From IMG/VR virus record IMGVR_UViG_3300044568_004391, positions 64,001 to 128,000 of that record: a stretch of 64,000 bases of DNA. One strand, given 5' to 3'. The translations under genes and the position numbers were made by a program. The notes below the pieces were generated by a model, which was not told the origin of the DNA, made no database searches, and saw nothing but the letters and a program-made list of their open reading frames with translations. Shown here piece after piece: positions 8,845 through 19,024 of the stretch (position 1 is the first letter of the stretch; every line of letters starts with the position of its first letter). The stretch comes from a virus.

Positions 8845-9861
8845 ATGATTAATTTCGCAGACATTATTGTTGATCTTCAGGCGGGTGACACAGGTAAAGG
8901 GAAAGTGGCTCATGCACTTGCAAAAACAAACGACTACACACATGTTATTAGGTATAACGGAGGTGGTAATGCGGGTCACACCGTTTACCATGACGGAGAA
9001 AAAGTAGTAACCCATTTCATACCAGTTGGGGTTCTTTATAACATCCCTTCCATTATTGGACCAGGATGTGTCGTTGATCCAATCAAATTGGAGATGGAAC
9101 TCGATGATTTAACAAAGGTAAATCCAAGAGTTAGAGAATTTCTTTTTATTGATCGTGGAGTCCATATTATAACAGAACAACACAAAGAAGAGGATGGTAA
9201 AGATTTCAAAATCGGAACAACTAAAACAGGAAATGGTCCGGCTTATGTGGATAAGTACAATAGAAGTGGAATCAGATATGAAAATTATGTGACAATCAAC
9301 AATCCTTCCAACAACTACCTTTGTGATATTTATGACATTTTATTTTCTCAAGAGGATGTTAAAATTCTTTTCGAAGGTGCTCAGGGTTTTGAGTTGGATA
9401 TTGATTGGGGTGATTATCCGTTTGTCACATCTTCTCATTGTACGGCGGGTAGTGCTTGTTTGAATGGTGTATCACCCAAATACATCAGAGACATTTATGG
9501 TATTTCAAAAGCATATGTTACTTATGTAGGTGCAAAAGAATTTGAGGGTGGTCTTGATATTTTTCAGAAAATCAGAGAAGTTGGAAATGAATATGGGGCA
9601 ACTACAGGAAGACCAAGACAAGTTAATTGGTTGAATTTAGATAATTTAATCAAAGGATCCAACATCAACGGTGTTACGAAATTAATTATTAATAAAATTG
9701 ATGTATTGGAAAAAATAAACTACTATTGTTTGATTTATTTAGGTGAGGAAATTATTTTTGACAAAAAATTAGAATTCAAAAATTTTATTCACCAAACACT
9801 TATTGAAAAGTGTCCTCTAATTCAAGAAGTAATTTTTAGCTATACACCTTACGAGATATGA
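8845..9861 (+). CDS. purA: adenylosuccinate synthetase (short form)
   Basis: GDTGKGK, RYNGGGNAGHT, IGTTKTGNGPAY, FEGAQG, YPFVTSS and EYGATTGRPR motifs. Confidence 0.95.
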   Translation: MINFADIIVDLQAGDTGKGKVAHALAKTNDYTHVIRYNGGGNAGHTVYHDGEKVVTHFIPVGVLYNIPSIIGPGCVVDPIKLEMELDDLTKVNPRVREFLFIDRGVHIITEQHKEEDGKDFKIGTTKTGNGPAYVDKYNRSGIRYENYVTINNPSNNYLCDIYDILFSQEDVKILFEGAQGFELDIDWGDYPFVTSSHCTAGSACLNGVSPKYIRDIYGISKAYVTYVGAKEFEGGLDIFQKIREVGNEYGATTGRPRQVNWLNLDNLIKGSNINGVTKLIINKIDVLEKINYYCLIYLGEEIIFDKKLEFKNFIHQTLIEKCPLIQEVIFSYTPYEI

Positions 9862-10043
9862 AATGGAATTTAGTGATCAACCAGTTTAACAGATCCGACG
9901 AGGAATTTTACCTACTTCCCTGGATCAAGTTTTTCAACATTATGAATTTTCAAACTGAGGAGGGATATGAATCTCCTTTGGTAGGATTTGAATTTGGTCT
10001 TTTCAAATTTTATTATACCTTTGCAATTCAGAAGACCTATTAG
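9858..10043 (+). CDS. small hypothetical protein
   Basis: ORF coupled to purA by an ATGA overlap. Confidence 0.5.
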   Translation: MKWNLVINQFNRSDEEFYLLPWIKFFNIMNFQTEEGYESPLVGFEFGLFKFYYTFAIQKTY

Positions 10044-10097
10044 GACTTTTGATCTTGATTTATTAACTCTAAATTATACTATTAAAAATAAAAACAT

Positions 10098-11501
10098 ATG
10101 AATCGTTTCATCTCTTTTCTTGTTCTGATGTTTATGAGTACTTTTGTGTATTCACAAAAAAACACACCTTTTGGATGTATAACCTTTGGAGAAAATAAAA
10201 ACATTTTACCGATGGGTAGGTTGAAATCCAAATCAACCAATACACCCAAAGAAATCAGATTGGTATTTCACGTTTGTTATACTGACGCGATTCCATTGAG
10301 TGAAATTCCTGTTGAATCAATATATGGTGCGATTGATCAAGCCAATGTAGATTTCGAGGGAACTAACATCAGTTTTGTTTATGCAGGTCATGATTATATC
10401 AATATCCGAGAGTTCGCTTGGCACGACTCATTTGTCTCAGGTCAAGTTTGTTTCCCAACTTATAGAACTCAATCAACAATGATTTCTAACAAATACGCTT
10501 GGGATATTTCAGAGTATTGTAATGTTTATATTATCCCTAAAATGTGTTCCACTATCTTGGGATATGCCTTTATCACATATGGACCTGCAAATAAAGATGA
10601 CGGGGTTTGGGTTAAGACCGAGTCTTTTGGGTATGGACCTTGGCCACACGTAAACCCGAAGTATGTGGAAAACGAAACCTTTAGTCATGAGCTCGGTCAC
10701 TACTGTGGATTGTTTCACGTATTCAATAACACATCGTATTGTGGACAACAAGAGGCAAACATACCTTGTGAATATGAAGGTGATTTTGTATGTGATACTC
10801 CACCCACCAAACTCGCAAGAGGATGTCCTTCCTACCCTGTTGGATCATATTGTCCTGAAGTAAATTACGATGGTGGAGTTCCATATCGTGCGAACAACCA
10901 CATGGACTATTGTCCTGAACAATGTAGAGATGTATTTACTCCAGGTCAGATAGACCGAATGCATAGAATGTTGGACTTCCAAAGATATGAGTTATACACA
11001 GAAGAGCAAGTAACACCCTTCTGTTTGGGTGATTTCGATAAGAACGGAATGATTGGAACTGGTGATCTGTTGATTATATTGTCCCATTATGGTTGTGTGG
11101 AATGTGACTATGAGGAAGGAGATATGAATATGGATGCACTTGTTAATGTTTTGGACTTAAACTTCTTGTTGGCTTTTTGGGGTGATGTTTGTGGTGACGG
11201 GGTAGGACAGATCCAAGCCAAAAGATCAGGACCTCAACCCGAATTAGAAGATCCTTTCGAGATTATCAGTAACTATGATTTTCCTGAACGAGGAACTCCC
11301 ACGAAAGAAAAAGATCGTGAAGAAAAAAAGGAAGAACCTTCTTTTGGTCTTATGAATTTGGTAAAAGAAATTAAAAAAACGGCCCAATTTAAATTGGAAG
11401 AAATTGATGAACTTGATTTGAATACGTTATTTTCTGAATATGGTGTTGATAGTTTGATTGTGAATATCAACGAAGATGAGAAAATTGTGATTGAACGATA
11501 A
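10098..11501 (+). CDS. secreted M43 (pappalysin/ulilysin-like) zinc metalloprotease with dockerin/EF-hand-like pair
   Basis: Signal peptide; HELGHYCGLFHVF, CDTPP and NHMDY Met-turn; DFDKNGMIGTGDL / DMNMDALVNVLDL. Confidence 0.85.
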   Translation: MNRFISFLVLMFMSTFVYSQKNTPFGCITFGENKNILPMGRLKSKSTNTPKEIRLVFHVCYTDAIPLSEIPVESIYGAIDQANVDFEGTNISFVYAGHDYINIREFAWHDSFVSGQVCFPTYRTQSTMISNKYAWDISEYCNVYIIPKMCSTILGYAFITYGPANKDDGVWVKTESFGYGPWPHVNPKYVENETFSHELGHYCGLFHVFNNTSYCGQQEANIPCEYEGDFVCDTPPTKLARGCPSYPVGSYCPEVNYDGGVPYRANNHMDYCPEQCRDVFTPGQIDRMHRMLDFQRYELYTEEQVTPFCLGDFDKNGMIGTGDLLIILSHYGCVECDYEEGDMNMDALVNVLDLNFLLAFWGDVCGDGVGQIQAKRSGPQPELEDPFEIISNYDFPERGTPTKEKDREEKKEEPSFGLMNLVKEIKKTAQFKLEEIDELDLNTLFSEYGVDSLIVNINEDEKIVIER

Positions 11502-11516
11502 CAAATCATTTTACAT

Positions 11517-12449
11517 ATGAAATACATCATCACGGGTGCTTATGGATTTATCGGATCCGAGTTTTTGAAACGGGTTTATCGTGAAAACGAATTCTCCGAA
11601 ATTATTGTTGTTGATTCCGTCACCTATGCTGCGGACAAATCAAGGATTCCAATTCAGATTTTGAGAGATCAGAGGGTTACATTTCTTGAGATGGACATCT
11701 GTGACCTGACTTACGATATGATCGGCGATTTTGAATATCTTGTGAACTTTGCGGCTGAAACTCACGTGGACAACTCTATAGAAAATGGTTTTCCTTTTAT
11801 GAAAACAAATGTTCAAGGGGTTTATAACCTTTTGGAAGTTTCAAGGAAATCCAAAACCTTGAAGAAGTTTGTTCAAATATCTACGGATGAAGTCTACGGT
11901 GATGTGAAAGATAAGTTTTGTTCGAACGAAAAGGATATATTGAATCCAAGTTCATATTATTCGGCAACTAAAGCTAGTGCCGATCTTTTGGTTCAATCCG
12001 CTCACAGAACATATGGTGTTCCATATCTTATCACACGATCCTGTAATAATTTCGGTGGGCTTCAAAATGCGGAGAAGTTTATCCCGAAGGTGATCGATTG
12101 TATCAAATCCAACAAACCAATCCCTATTTATGGTGATGGAAACCAGCTTCGGGTTTGGATTTCTGTTGAGGAGAATGCTGACGTAATTTTCAAACTCACC
12201 ACCTATGATGATTGTGTAAATGAGATTATCAATGTCGGTTCCGAACATCAACGAACCAACAACGAGATTGTAAAGATGATTTCAACCAACTTATTCAGAG
12301 AACCAACCATCTATTATGTCCAAGATCGGTTGGGTCACGATGAGGAATATAATTTGGATTTGTGTAAACTAAAAAGTTTGGAATTTGAATTGGATATTTG
12401 TGTTGATGAATTCCAAACTCCCGAAGATTATTTCCAAGAAAATCTATAA
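11517..12449 (+). CDS. rfbB: dTDP-glucose 4,6-dehydratase
   Basis: TGAYGFIG, NFAAETHVDNSI, STDEVYG, YSATKAS and DRLGHD motifs. Confidence 0.9.
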   Translation: MKYIITGAYGFIGSEFLKRVYRENEFSEIIVVDSVTYAADKSRIPIQILRDQRVTFLEMDICDLTYDMIGDFEYLVNFAAETHVDNSIENGFPFMKTNVQGVYNLLEVSRKSKTLKKFVQISTDEVYGDVKDKFCSNEKDILNPSSYYSATKASADLLVQSAHRTYGVPYLITRSCNNFGGLQNAEKFIPKVIDCIKSNKPIPIYGDGNQLRVWISVEENADVIFKLTTYDDCVNEIINVGSEHQRTNNEIVKMISTNLFREPTIYYVQDRLGHDEEYNLDLCKLKSLEFELDICVDEFQTPEDYFQENL

Positions 12450-12455
12450 AAAAAT

Positions 12456-12481
12456 AAAACCTCTCCTTTGAGAGGTTTTTT
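12456..12481 (+). terminator. intrinsic terminator
   Basis: aaaacctctc-cttt-gagaggtttt. Confidence 0.75.
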
Positions 12482-12659
12482 CTTATATTCAATTTCGGTA
12501 AAAAAAAGGGAATGAAACATTGAATATATTTCGAAAGTAGACAGATTATGTAAAATGTAAAGTAAATTTAATGATAAATATAATCTTATCTTTTGATTTA
12601 CAAGCAAGGACAACTCTTTTATCTTTATTCAAGAATAAAATGAAAGAATTGAAATAGTG

Positions 12660-13289
12660 ATGACCACTTTAATTACATTTAATAGAGACGATTCTCCTGT
12701 TACGGAGAATTTTTTATCATATTACAATAGATTTGTAGATAGAATTGAGATATGGGATATATCCTCTGACAGTAACGCAGTGAAATTCGTGGGGACAGAC
12801 AAAGTCAAAGTTGTAGCTTTGGCGGAAGGGTATAGGAATGACAACGGATTGATCCAACTCATGTCAACAGAATGGAAAATAATCAGAAACGAAAACGACA
12901 TCATGATTGTTGTGGAACCCGATGAATATATCCATTCAAGAAACTACGATGCGATTATCAGATTGAATAAAGACAATCACAGTTTAATTGAACCAACAGG
13001 ATTTCAAGTTTATGTGGACAGAGATTTTGATTTCAATTTTGATAACAAAGAGATATACGGTAAAGTGGATGGAAATTATACCAAACCTGTAATCGTATTT
13101 GTTAAGAACTTGTTGAAACTAAAATTCACACCTCAATTTAAATTGATTGATTCAATCAAATCCCTCAATGGACAAAAAGCACTGAGGAATACTTCTTCAC
13201 CTTTAAGTTTTCCAGTAAAACTACTAAAAGTAAGATACAACGATGAACTTACAGAAGAAGAAAAGAACAAAAAAATTAGGATTATTTAA
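12660..13289 (+). CDS. divergent glycosyltransferase-2-like protein
   Basis: FVDRIEIWDISSD and IVVEPDEYI resemble degenerate GT-A motifs. Confidence 0.4.
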   Translation: MTTLITFNRDDSPVTENFLSYYNRFVDRIEIWDISSDSNAVKFVGTDKVKVVALAEGYRNDNGLIQLMSTEWKIIRNENDIMIVVEPDEYIHSRNYDAIIRLNKDNHSLIEPTGFQVYVDRDFDFNFDNKEIYGKVDGNYTKPVIVFVKNLLKLKFTPQFKLIDSIKSLNGQKALRNTSSPLSFPVKLLKVRYNDELTEEEKNKKIRII

Positions 13290-13311
13290 TTTAAACATCT
13301 AATTTTGTAAT

Positions 13312-13488
13312 ATGTCAAATAAAGAAACTTACCAAAAAATCCTCGAACAATTAGAGGATATGAGAAAGGAGGGTTATACGATTATGAACCACGATTTCAG
13401 AGCTCTTTGTGAGATGAGGAATGAACTCAAACGTAAAATTGACAACAGCGAACCGAGTAGGGACTACAAGAAATTTATGGAGGACTGA
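13312..13488 (+). CDS. small hypothetical protein (58 aa, not in ORF track)
   Basis: MSNKETYQKILEQLEDMRKEG..KFMED; fills the intergenic gap. Confidence 0.55.
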   Translation: MSNKETYQKILEQLEDMRKEGYTIMNHDFRALCEMRNELKRKIDNSEPSRDYKKFMED

Positions 13489-13501
13489 AGTATTTAATAG
13501 T

Positions 13502-13843
13502 ATGGAGGAAAAAATCAAAAAACTATTGGATTCTCATCTTGATGAGTATAATGTAACATATACAATAACAAATTATAACAATAATTATAGGATTTTGTTT
13601 GATATTGACGGAGAAATTATTGCGTTTTATTCTTTTTTCTCTTATAATGATAAGATTGAATCTTTTTTCGATCAGTCCTTTTTTTGGTTTTTAGGTTTAT
13701 TATCCGAAGAAGACCAACTATTTGCATCAAAATACTTTTTAACAAAATATGTACCACCATATTCACCAGACTTTCCAAAAGCTGTACATAAAAGGTGGAA
13801 TATTTCTGATGTTATTTTTGGTGGATTAACAGATTTGAGTTGA
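13502..13843 (+). CDS. hypothetical protein related to the 24.6-27 kb paralog family
   Basis: Likely start MEEKIKKLLDSHLDE; similar size and pattern to that family. Confidence 0.6.
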   Translation: MEEKIKKLLDSHLDEYNVTYTITNYNNNYRILFDIDGEIIAFYSFFSYNDKIESFFDQSFFWFLGLLSEEDQLFASKYFLTKYVPPYSPDFPKAVHKRWNISDVIFGGLTDLS

Positions 13844-13886
13844 TTTAAAATTTGATTATGATAAAATTTTTAATTAAATTTTTATC

Positions 13887-14204
13887 ATGTCGATCACTCA
13901 AAAATACCTTACAATTAAAACAAGAACTTCTGGTTTCTCTTCACCGGCAGAATCCTATGTTGACAAAAGATTGGATCTAAATGAACTAATATGTCAAAAC
14001 TCATTTTCAACCTTTTATTTCAAATATGTCGGACCAAACACACTGGGTGTTAAGGATGGAGATATACTTGTTTTAGACAAGTCAGAAACACCAAAGGAAG
14101 GTGATTTGGTTGTCCTAACAGATAAGACATATTTTAAAATCCGTGAATACAAAGAACAGGATAATCTTTGGGGTAAAGTAACTTGGATCTTAACCAAAAA
14201 ATGA
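13887..14204 (+). CDS. umuD: UmuD-like protein, catalytic dyad apparently lost
   Basis: [20 protein letters not shown] and DGDILVLD; directly upstream of umuC. Confidence 0.75.
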   Translation: MSITQKYLTIKTRTSGFSSPAESYVDKRLDLNELICQNSFSTFYFKYVGPNTLGVKDGDILVLDKSETPKEGDLVVLTDKTYFKIREYKEQDNLWGKVTWILTKK

Positions 14205-15406
14205 TGAAACGAAAGATCGGTATTATTGACTGCAACAATTTCTATGTTTCTTGTGAGAGGGTATTTAATCCAACTTCAATTGGAAAACCAACGGTAGTTC
14301 TATCCAATAATGATGGATGTGTAATTGCTAGATCACAAGAGGCTAAAGCGTTGGGTATAAAGATGGGTGAACCATTCTTTCAGAAAAGAGATTTTATGGA
14401 TCAACACAGGTTCTGTGTATATTCATCCAACTATAATCTATATGGTGATATGTCAGACAGGGTGATGAGTGTTATCAAAGAATATGCAAATGAAGTTGAG
14501 GTGTATTCTATTGATGAGGCATTCGTTGATTTTTCAAATATACCTGACGATGAACTTTTGGATCGTTTACATTTTATCAAAAACGAAGTGAAGAGAAAGG
14601 TGGGGATTCCAGTATCTATTGGTGTTGGACCGAATAAAACTTTGGCTAAGTTGACATCACATATTGCAAAACAAACACCCGGTTACGACGGGGTTTGTTC
14701 TTATTGGGGTTTGAAGAACTTCAGGAACATGATGTATAATGTTGAGGTTGATGAGGTGTGGGGAATTGGAAGAAAGTGGTCCAAGAAATTAAAGACAATC
14801 GGTGTGGAATCCATCGGTCAATTTATGAATATGTCGGATTATGTTGTTAGAAAGATGATGAACATAAATGGACTCAAAACCAAACACGAGTTGTTTGAGA
14901 TGTATTGTCATCCGATCCAGCTAAAGTCCAAGATGAAAAAGAATATTGCATCCACACGATCTTTTGGTGAGGATGTTGATCAGTTTGATCAGATTGCCGA
15001 AGCAATGTATTCCTACATAAAATCGGGAGTAAAGAAACTTCAAGACAACGAAATCATCGCATCACGGGCAACCATCTTTGTAAGTGGGAACAAACACAAA
15101 GATCAAGGACATTACAGATCCAAATTGGTTTTTTTCCAAGAACCAACACAAGATGTAGATATGATTTGGTCACAAGTATATCCTCTTCTCAAGAAGATAT
15201 ATTCAAATTCCAAAAAATATAAAAAGTGTGGAATCATCTTCAACGAATTAACTCCTGAAAATTCAAAACAGATTTCTTTGTTTACCGAACCCATCCAATT
15301 GGTGTCACCACCATCGAATAAGGAAAAGAGATGGGAGATGAAACAAGAATATGTATCACAAAAATATACGACATCTTGGAATGAACTACCTCTTGTCTAT
15401 GTTTAA
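14201..15406 (+). CDS. umuC: Y-family DNA polymerase UmuC (Pol V)
   Basis: [37 protein letters not shown] and STRSFG motifs. Confidence 0.92.
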   Translation: MMKRKIGIIDCNNFYVSCERVFNPTSIGKPTVVLSNNDGCVIARSQEAKALGIKMGEPFFQKRDFMDQHRFCVYSSNYNLYGDMSDRVMSVIKEYANEVEVYSIDEAFVDFSNIPDDELLDRLHFIKNEVKRKVGIPVSIGVGPNKTLAKLTSHIAKQTPGYDGVCSYWGLKNFRNMMYNVEVDEVWGIGRKWSKKLKTIGVESIGQFMNMSDYVVRKMMNINGLKTKHELFEMYCHPIQLKSKMKKNIASTRSFGEDVDQFDQIAEAMYSYIKSGVKKLQDNEIIASRATIFVSGNKHKDQGHYRSKLVFFQEPTQDVDMIWSQVYPLLKKIYSNSKKYKKCGIIFNELTPENSKQISLFTEPIQLVSPPSNKEKRWEMKQEYVSQKYTTSWNELPLVYV

Positions 15407-15596
15407 AAAAATAATTAGGAGTAAGTATGTCAAACTGATTATGTCGGTATTGGTGATCTCATCCACAATACCTACCGTAATTTCAGATTTCACAAATGAT
15501 GAAAATAACGGGTGGGAACACTATGGGTTGATGCTGATTGGTATTTTCTATATGATCCAAAGTTTGATAGATCTATTTGAAATTTGGTTTGATTAA
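15399..15596 (+). CDS. small two-TM membrane protein
   Basis: Two hydrophobic segments; likely start MFKKII. Confidence 0.5.
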   Translation: MFKKIIRSKYVKLIMSVLVISSTIPTVISDFTNDENNGWEHYGLMLIGIFYMIQSLIDLFEIWFD

Positions 15597-15607
15597 TAAT
15601 TATAAAT

Positions 15608-16246
15608 ATGTCATATTTAATAGCTAATTTACCCCCGATTCAGTGTTACGTTCGTAAAGAATATCTATATGATTTCGAAAAAGGATTTGGAGAATATGAA
15701 CCTTGTTATTGGGTTTCAGTAAAATCAATAAAAGGTAAAGCTCTTTATTTCGAATCTTACTTGAATGAGTATGGTGCCTTGTACGATAAATTACCCTTAT
15801 CCGCATTTGTTTGGAGAACAGATGTGAGTCAAGATGAACTTTTACCTTTGGATTTTTTGGAAATATGGGATGCGTTTTCTTATAATATTTCTGTAATAAA
15901 AAAAGAATTGTTATTTGGTATGGATGTTAAAGTTTATATGAAGGACAAAAAATTTTATGACGGGTACTATCTTTTTACAATAGATTCTTGTCACTCTAAC
16001 CCTAATGAATTAGATACAACATTATCTGAAACACCCAACGAACACAAGTCATTTAATATTATCAAAATGGACAACGGTCAGTTTGCGGCCCAACCAAATA
16101 ATAGATTATTGTTTTATGATCAATCATTAACACCTAAAGGTTTAAGAATACCTGATTTTAAGGTCTCTACAAAAGAATTTTATTGTGAAGATTCAACAAA
16201 ATGGAGTTTTGGTGATAGTAATGATTTCTTTTATGATGAAAAATAA
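15608..16246 (+). CDS. conserved hypothetical phage protein
   Basis: MSYLIANLPP, GALYDKLP and NGQFAAQPNNR motifs recalled from large aquatic phages. Confidence 0.7.
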   Translation: MSYLIANLPPIQCYVRKEYLYDFEKGFGEYEPCYWVSVKSIKGKALYFESYLNEYGALYDKLPLSAFVWRTDVSQDELLPLDFLEIWDAFSYNISVIKKELLFGMDVKVYMKDKKFYDGYYLFTIDSCHSNPNELDTTLSETPNEHKSFNIIKMDNGQFAAQPNNRLLFYDQSLTPKGLRIPDFKVSTKEFYCEDSTKWSFGDSNDFFYDEK

Positions 16247-16248
16247 AT

Positions 16249-16276
16249 AAAAAACCCTCCTCTGAGGGTTTTTTTT
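16249..16276. terminator. bidirectional intrinsic terminator
   Basis: aaaaaaccctc-ctct-gagggtttttt between convergent genes. Confidence 0.8.
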
Positions 16277-16286
16277 ATTAAGTCTT

Positions 16287-16886
16287 TCATAGTCTAACAA
16301 TTAAAGCACCAACATCCACCATACTTTTTATTTCTTCATTTGTTTTTGTTGATAAATAACTGTTCAAATAAAGTCTTGCACCAACAGATTTAAGATTTCC
16401 AAAGGATTCAATTTGTGTTCCTCTTATGTCCAAATAACCACCTACGGATTGAAGATTTCCAAGGGATTTAATTGGTGTTTTATTTAAATCCAAAGATGCT
16501 CCAACAGTCCTGAGATTTCCAAGGGATTCAATTGGAGTTTCTTCCAAATTCAAATCATCACCAACAGATTGAAGATTTCCAAGAGATTCAATTTGTGAGT
16601 TGTATAGGTTCAAATAACCATCAACCGATATAAGATTTTTGAAGGATTTGATTTCTGTTCCATATGCATTAAAATCACCACTAATAGAAACAAGACCTTC
16701 AAGCCAAGTTAAATCACCTTTATATCCACCCAAATCCAAATCATCATCCAACGACCATCTTGTGATGTTATTTTTTTTGATGAAGTTTTTTAGTCCTTCA
16801 ACTCCATCAGGGAAATAGTGAAGACCAGGTATTACAAATATCTCTTCGGTTTCCTCTTTTAATATTTTTTTGATTAGGTCTTTCAT
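16287..16886 (-). CDS. LRR-like protein, 6 x 20-aa repeats, with leader
   Basis: MKDLIKKILKEETEE followed by LGNLQSVGG repeats. Confidence 0.85.
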   Translation of the reverse strand: MKDLIKKILKEETEEIFVIPGLHYFPDGVEGLKNFIKKNNITRWSLDDDLDLGGYKGDLTWLEGLVSISGDFNAYGTEIKSFKNLISVDGYLNLYNSQIESLGNLQSVGDDLNLEETPIESLGNLRTVGASLDLNKTPIKSLGNLQSVGGYLDIRGTQIESFGNLKSVGARLYLNSYLSTKTNEEIKSMVDVGALIVRL

Positions 16887-17545
16887 TATCTAATAATTCT
16901 ACCACCAACATTTATCATACCTCTAATTTCTTCATCTGTATAATTCTTCAAAACGTATTTGTTTAACCACAAATTAGTACCAACATATTGAAGTTTTGGA
17001 AGGGATTCAATTTGTGTTCCTCTTATATCTAAATAATCACCAACCGACTGAAGATTTGGAAGGTCTTTAATTGGTGTTCCCTCCAAATCCAAACTACCAC
17101 CAACCGATTGAAGGTTTCCAAGGTCTTTAATTTGTGTTTTTCTTAAATCCAACCCACCACCAACCGATTGAAGATTTGGAAGGGATTCAATTTCTGTTCC
17201 TCTTAAATGTAAAAAACTACCAACCGATTGAAGATTTGGAAGGGATTTAATTTGTGTGCTTCTTATATCTAAATAACCACCAACAGATTGAAGATTTCCA
17301 AGAAATTTAATTTCTGTCCTTTCCAAATCCAAAAAACCCGTGATCGAAACAAGTCCTTCAATCCAAGTTAAATCATCTCCATATTCACGGAAATCCACAT
17401 CATCATCCAACGACCATCTTTTGATGTTCTTTTTTTGAATGAAGTTTTTTAATCCGTAAATTTCATCAGGAAAAAAACTAAGACTAGGTATTACAAATAC
17501 CTCTTCGGTTTCTTCTTTTAATATTTTTTTGATTAAGTCTTTCAT
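16886..17545 (-). CDS. LRR-like protein, 7 x 20-aa repeats, with leader
   Basis: Same leader and repeat unit; tandem paralog. Confidence 0.85.
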   Translation of the reverse strand: MKDLIKKILKEETEEVFVIPSLSFFPDEIYGLKNFIQKKNIKRWSLDDDVDFREYGDDLTWIEGLVSITGFLDLERTEIKFLGNLQSVGGYLDIRSTQIKSLPNLQSVGSFLHLRGTEIESLPNLQSVGGGLDLRKTQIKDLGNLQSVGGSLDLEGTPIKDLPNLQSVGDYLDIRGTQIESLPKLQYVGTNLWLNKYVLKNYTDEEIRGMINVGGRIIR

Positions 17546-18264
17546 GGTCTTAAAATTCCACCACCAACATTTATTATATTTCTAATTTCTTCATTTGTAT
17601 ATTTTTCTGAAAGGAATTTGTTTAAAAATAAATCATATTTAACCGATTGAAGATTTTCAAAGGATTCAATTTGTGTTCTTCTTATATCTAAAGAACCACC
17701 AACAGATTGGAGTTTTGGAAGGGATTTAATTTTTGTTCCTCCTATAAACAAATTACCACCAACCGATTGAAGGTTTCCAAGGGATTTAACTTGTGTTCCA
17801 GTTAAATCCAAATGTTTACCAACATATTTAAGATTTGGAAGGGATTCTATTTGTGTTCCTCTTGTATCTAAAGACCTACCAACCGATTGAAGATTATCAA
17901 GGGATTTAATTTGTGTGCTTCTTATATCTAAATAACCACCAACCGATTGGAGATTTGGAAGGGATTTAATTTGTGTGCTTTTTATATCTAAATAACCACC
18001 AACCGATTGAAGATTATCAAGGGATTTAATTTTTTTTCCTTCCAAATCCAAATAACCACTAATGGAAACAAGACCTTCAAGCCAAGTTAAATCATCTCCA
18101 TATTCACGGAAATCCAAATCATCATCCAACGACCATCTTTTGATGTTCTTTTTTTGAATGAAGTTTTTTAATCCGTCAATTTCATCAGGAAAAAAACTAA
18201 GACCAGGTATTACAAATATCTCTTCGGTTTCTTCTTTTAATATTTTTTTGATTAAGTCTTTCAT
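17542..18264 (-). CDS. LRR-like protein, 8 x 20-aa repeats, with leader
   Basis: Same leader; 60-bp DNA periodicity visible at 17640-18060; TATTTAT at 18273-18279. Confidence 0.85.
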   Translation of the reverse strand: MKDLIKKILKEETEEIFVIPGLSFFPDEIDGLKNFIQKKNIKRWSLDDDLDFREYGDDLTWLEGLVSISGYLDLEGKKIKSLDNLQSVGGYLDIKSTQIKSLPNLQSVGGYLDIRSTQIKSLDNLQSVGRSLDTRGTQIESLPNLKYVGKHLDLTGTQVKSLGNLQSVGGNLFIGGTKIKSLPKLQSVGGSLDIRRTQIESFENLQSVKYDLFLNKFLSEKYTNEEIRNIINVGGGILRP

Positions 18265-18321
18265 ATAATGTTATAAATACTTCAAAATTGTTTTGTATTT
18301 ATGTAATAAATTGAATTTATC

Positions 18322-18978
18322 ATGAAAACATTATTTATCTTGCCACTTTTATTAATTTTATCTTCTTGCCAAGAGAAGTCGGATATTGAAATTATAAAAG
18401 AAGTTGAACCAACATTAACGGAAGAAACAATAAAGAAAACAATTGGTTCTCAATCAGAGCAATATGGATCCGAAGATCTTTTGGATTTCCTTTCTGTTTA
18501 TGGAGAAAATGTAACGGACATCACACCAGCATTTATGAACTATTATCAAGATATTTCATCATCACAATCGAACTCTCTATATGACAACTTAACCGAACCC
18601 AACGGTAATTACAGTTACAGATGGTTCATCAACGAAAAACTTGTTTCAACAGATTATAATCTTGTATTAAATTCTTTGGTCAATGTCCTTCCTTGTGAAG
18701 GTGTTATGAGAGTTAAATTGGAAGTTACGGACAACAGGTTTAAAAGTGTATATGTAAGAGAAGAATATGGTTTTTTGGAATTTGTGGATAAAGATGATTT
18801 TACTGAATGGTGTGAATGTGGAGGTTGTCCTGACTATTGGGATGTCTTCTACGAATTTTACCCACCAAGAGATCCTTATTTTTATCAAACCAAACCTGCG
18901 AGATGGGATTTTGACAAAAACAACTTCATCAACTCCGAAGATTTGTTAATTTTCTTAAGTAAATACGGAGAACAATAA
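18322..18978 (+). CDS. lipoprotein with split dockerin/EF-hand-like motifs
   Basis: Lipobox LSSC; SEDLLDFLSVYG and DFDKNNFINSEDLLIFLSKYG. Confidence 0.65.
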   Translation: MKTLFILPLLLILSSCQEKSDIEIIKEVEPTLTEETIKKTIGSQSEQYGSEDLLDFLSVYGENVTDITPAFMNYYQDISSSQSNSLYDNLTEPNGNYSYRWFINEKLVSTDYNLVLNSLVNVLPCEGVMRVKLEVTDNRFKSVYVREEYGFLEFVDKDDFTEWCECGGCPDYWDVFYEFYPPRDPYFYQTKPARWDFDKNNFINSEDLLIFLSKYGEQ

Positions 18979-19024
18979 ACAAGCGGCGGGCGGGGAAAAA
19001 CACCGAAAGGTCAGAAAAAAATTT

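Noticed and set aside
16287-18264. CRISPR array or DGR suggested by the 60-bp periodicity
   Set aside because: Repeats are in-frame coding units without unique spacers; no cas gene, reverse transcriptase or non-coding template repeat is visible.
18271-18280. T4-type late promoter TATAAATA read on the plus strand
   Set aside because: Across the window the motif is consistently oriented as TATTTAT relative to the adjacent downstream gene, so the T4 orientation does not fit.
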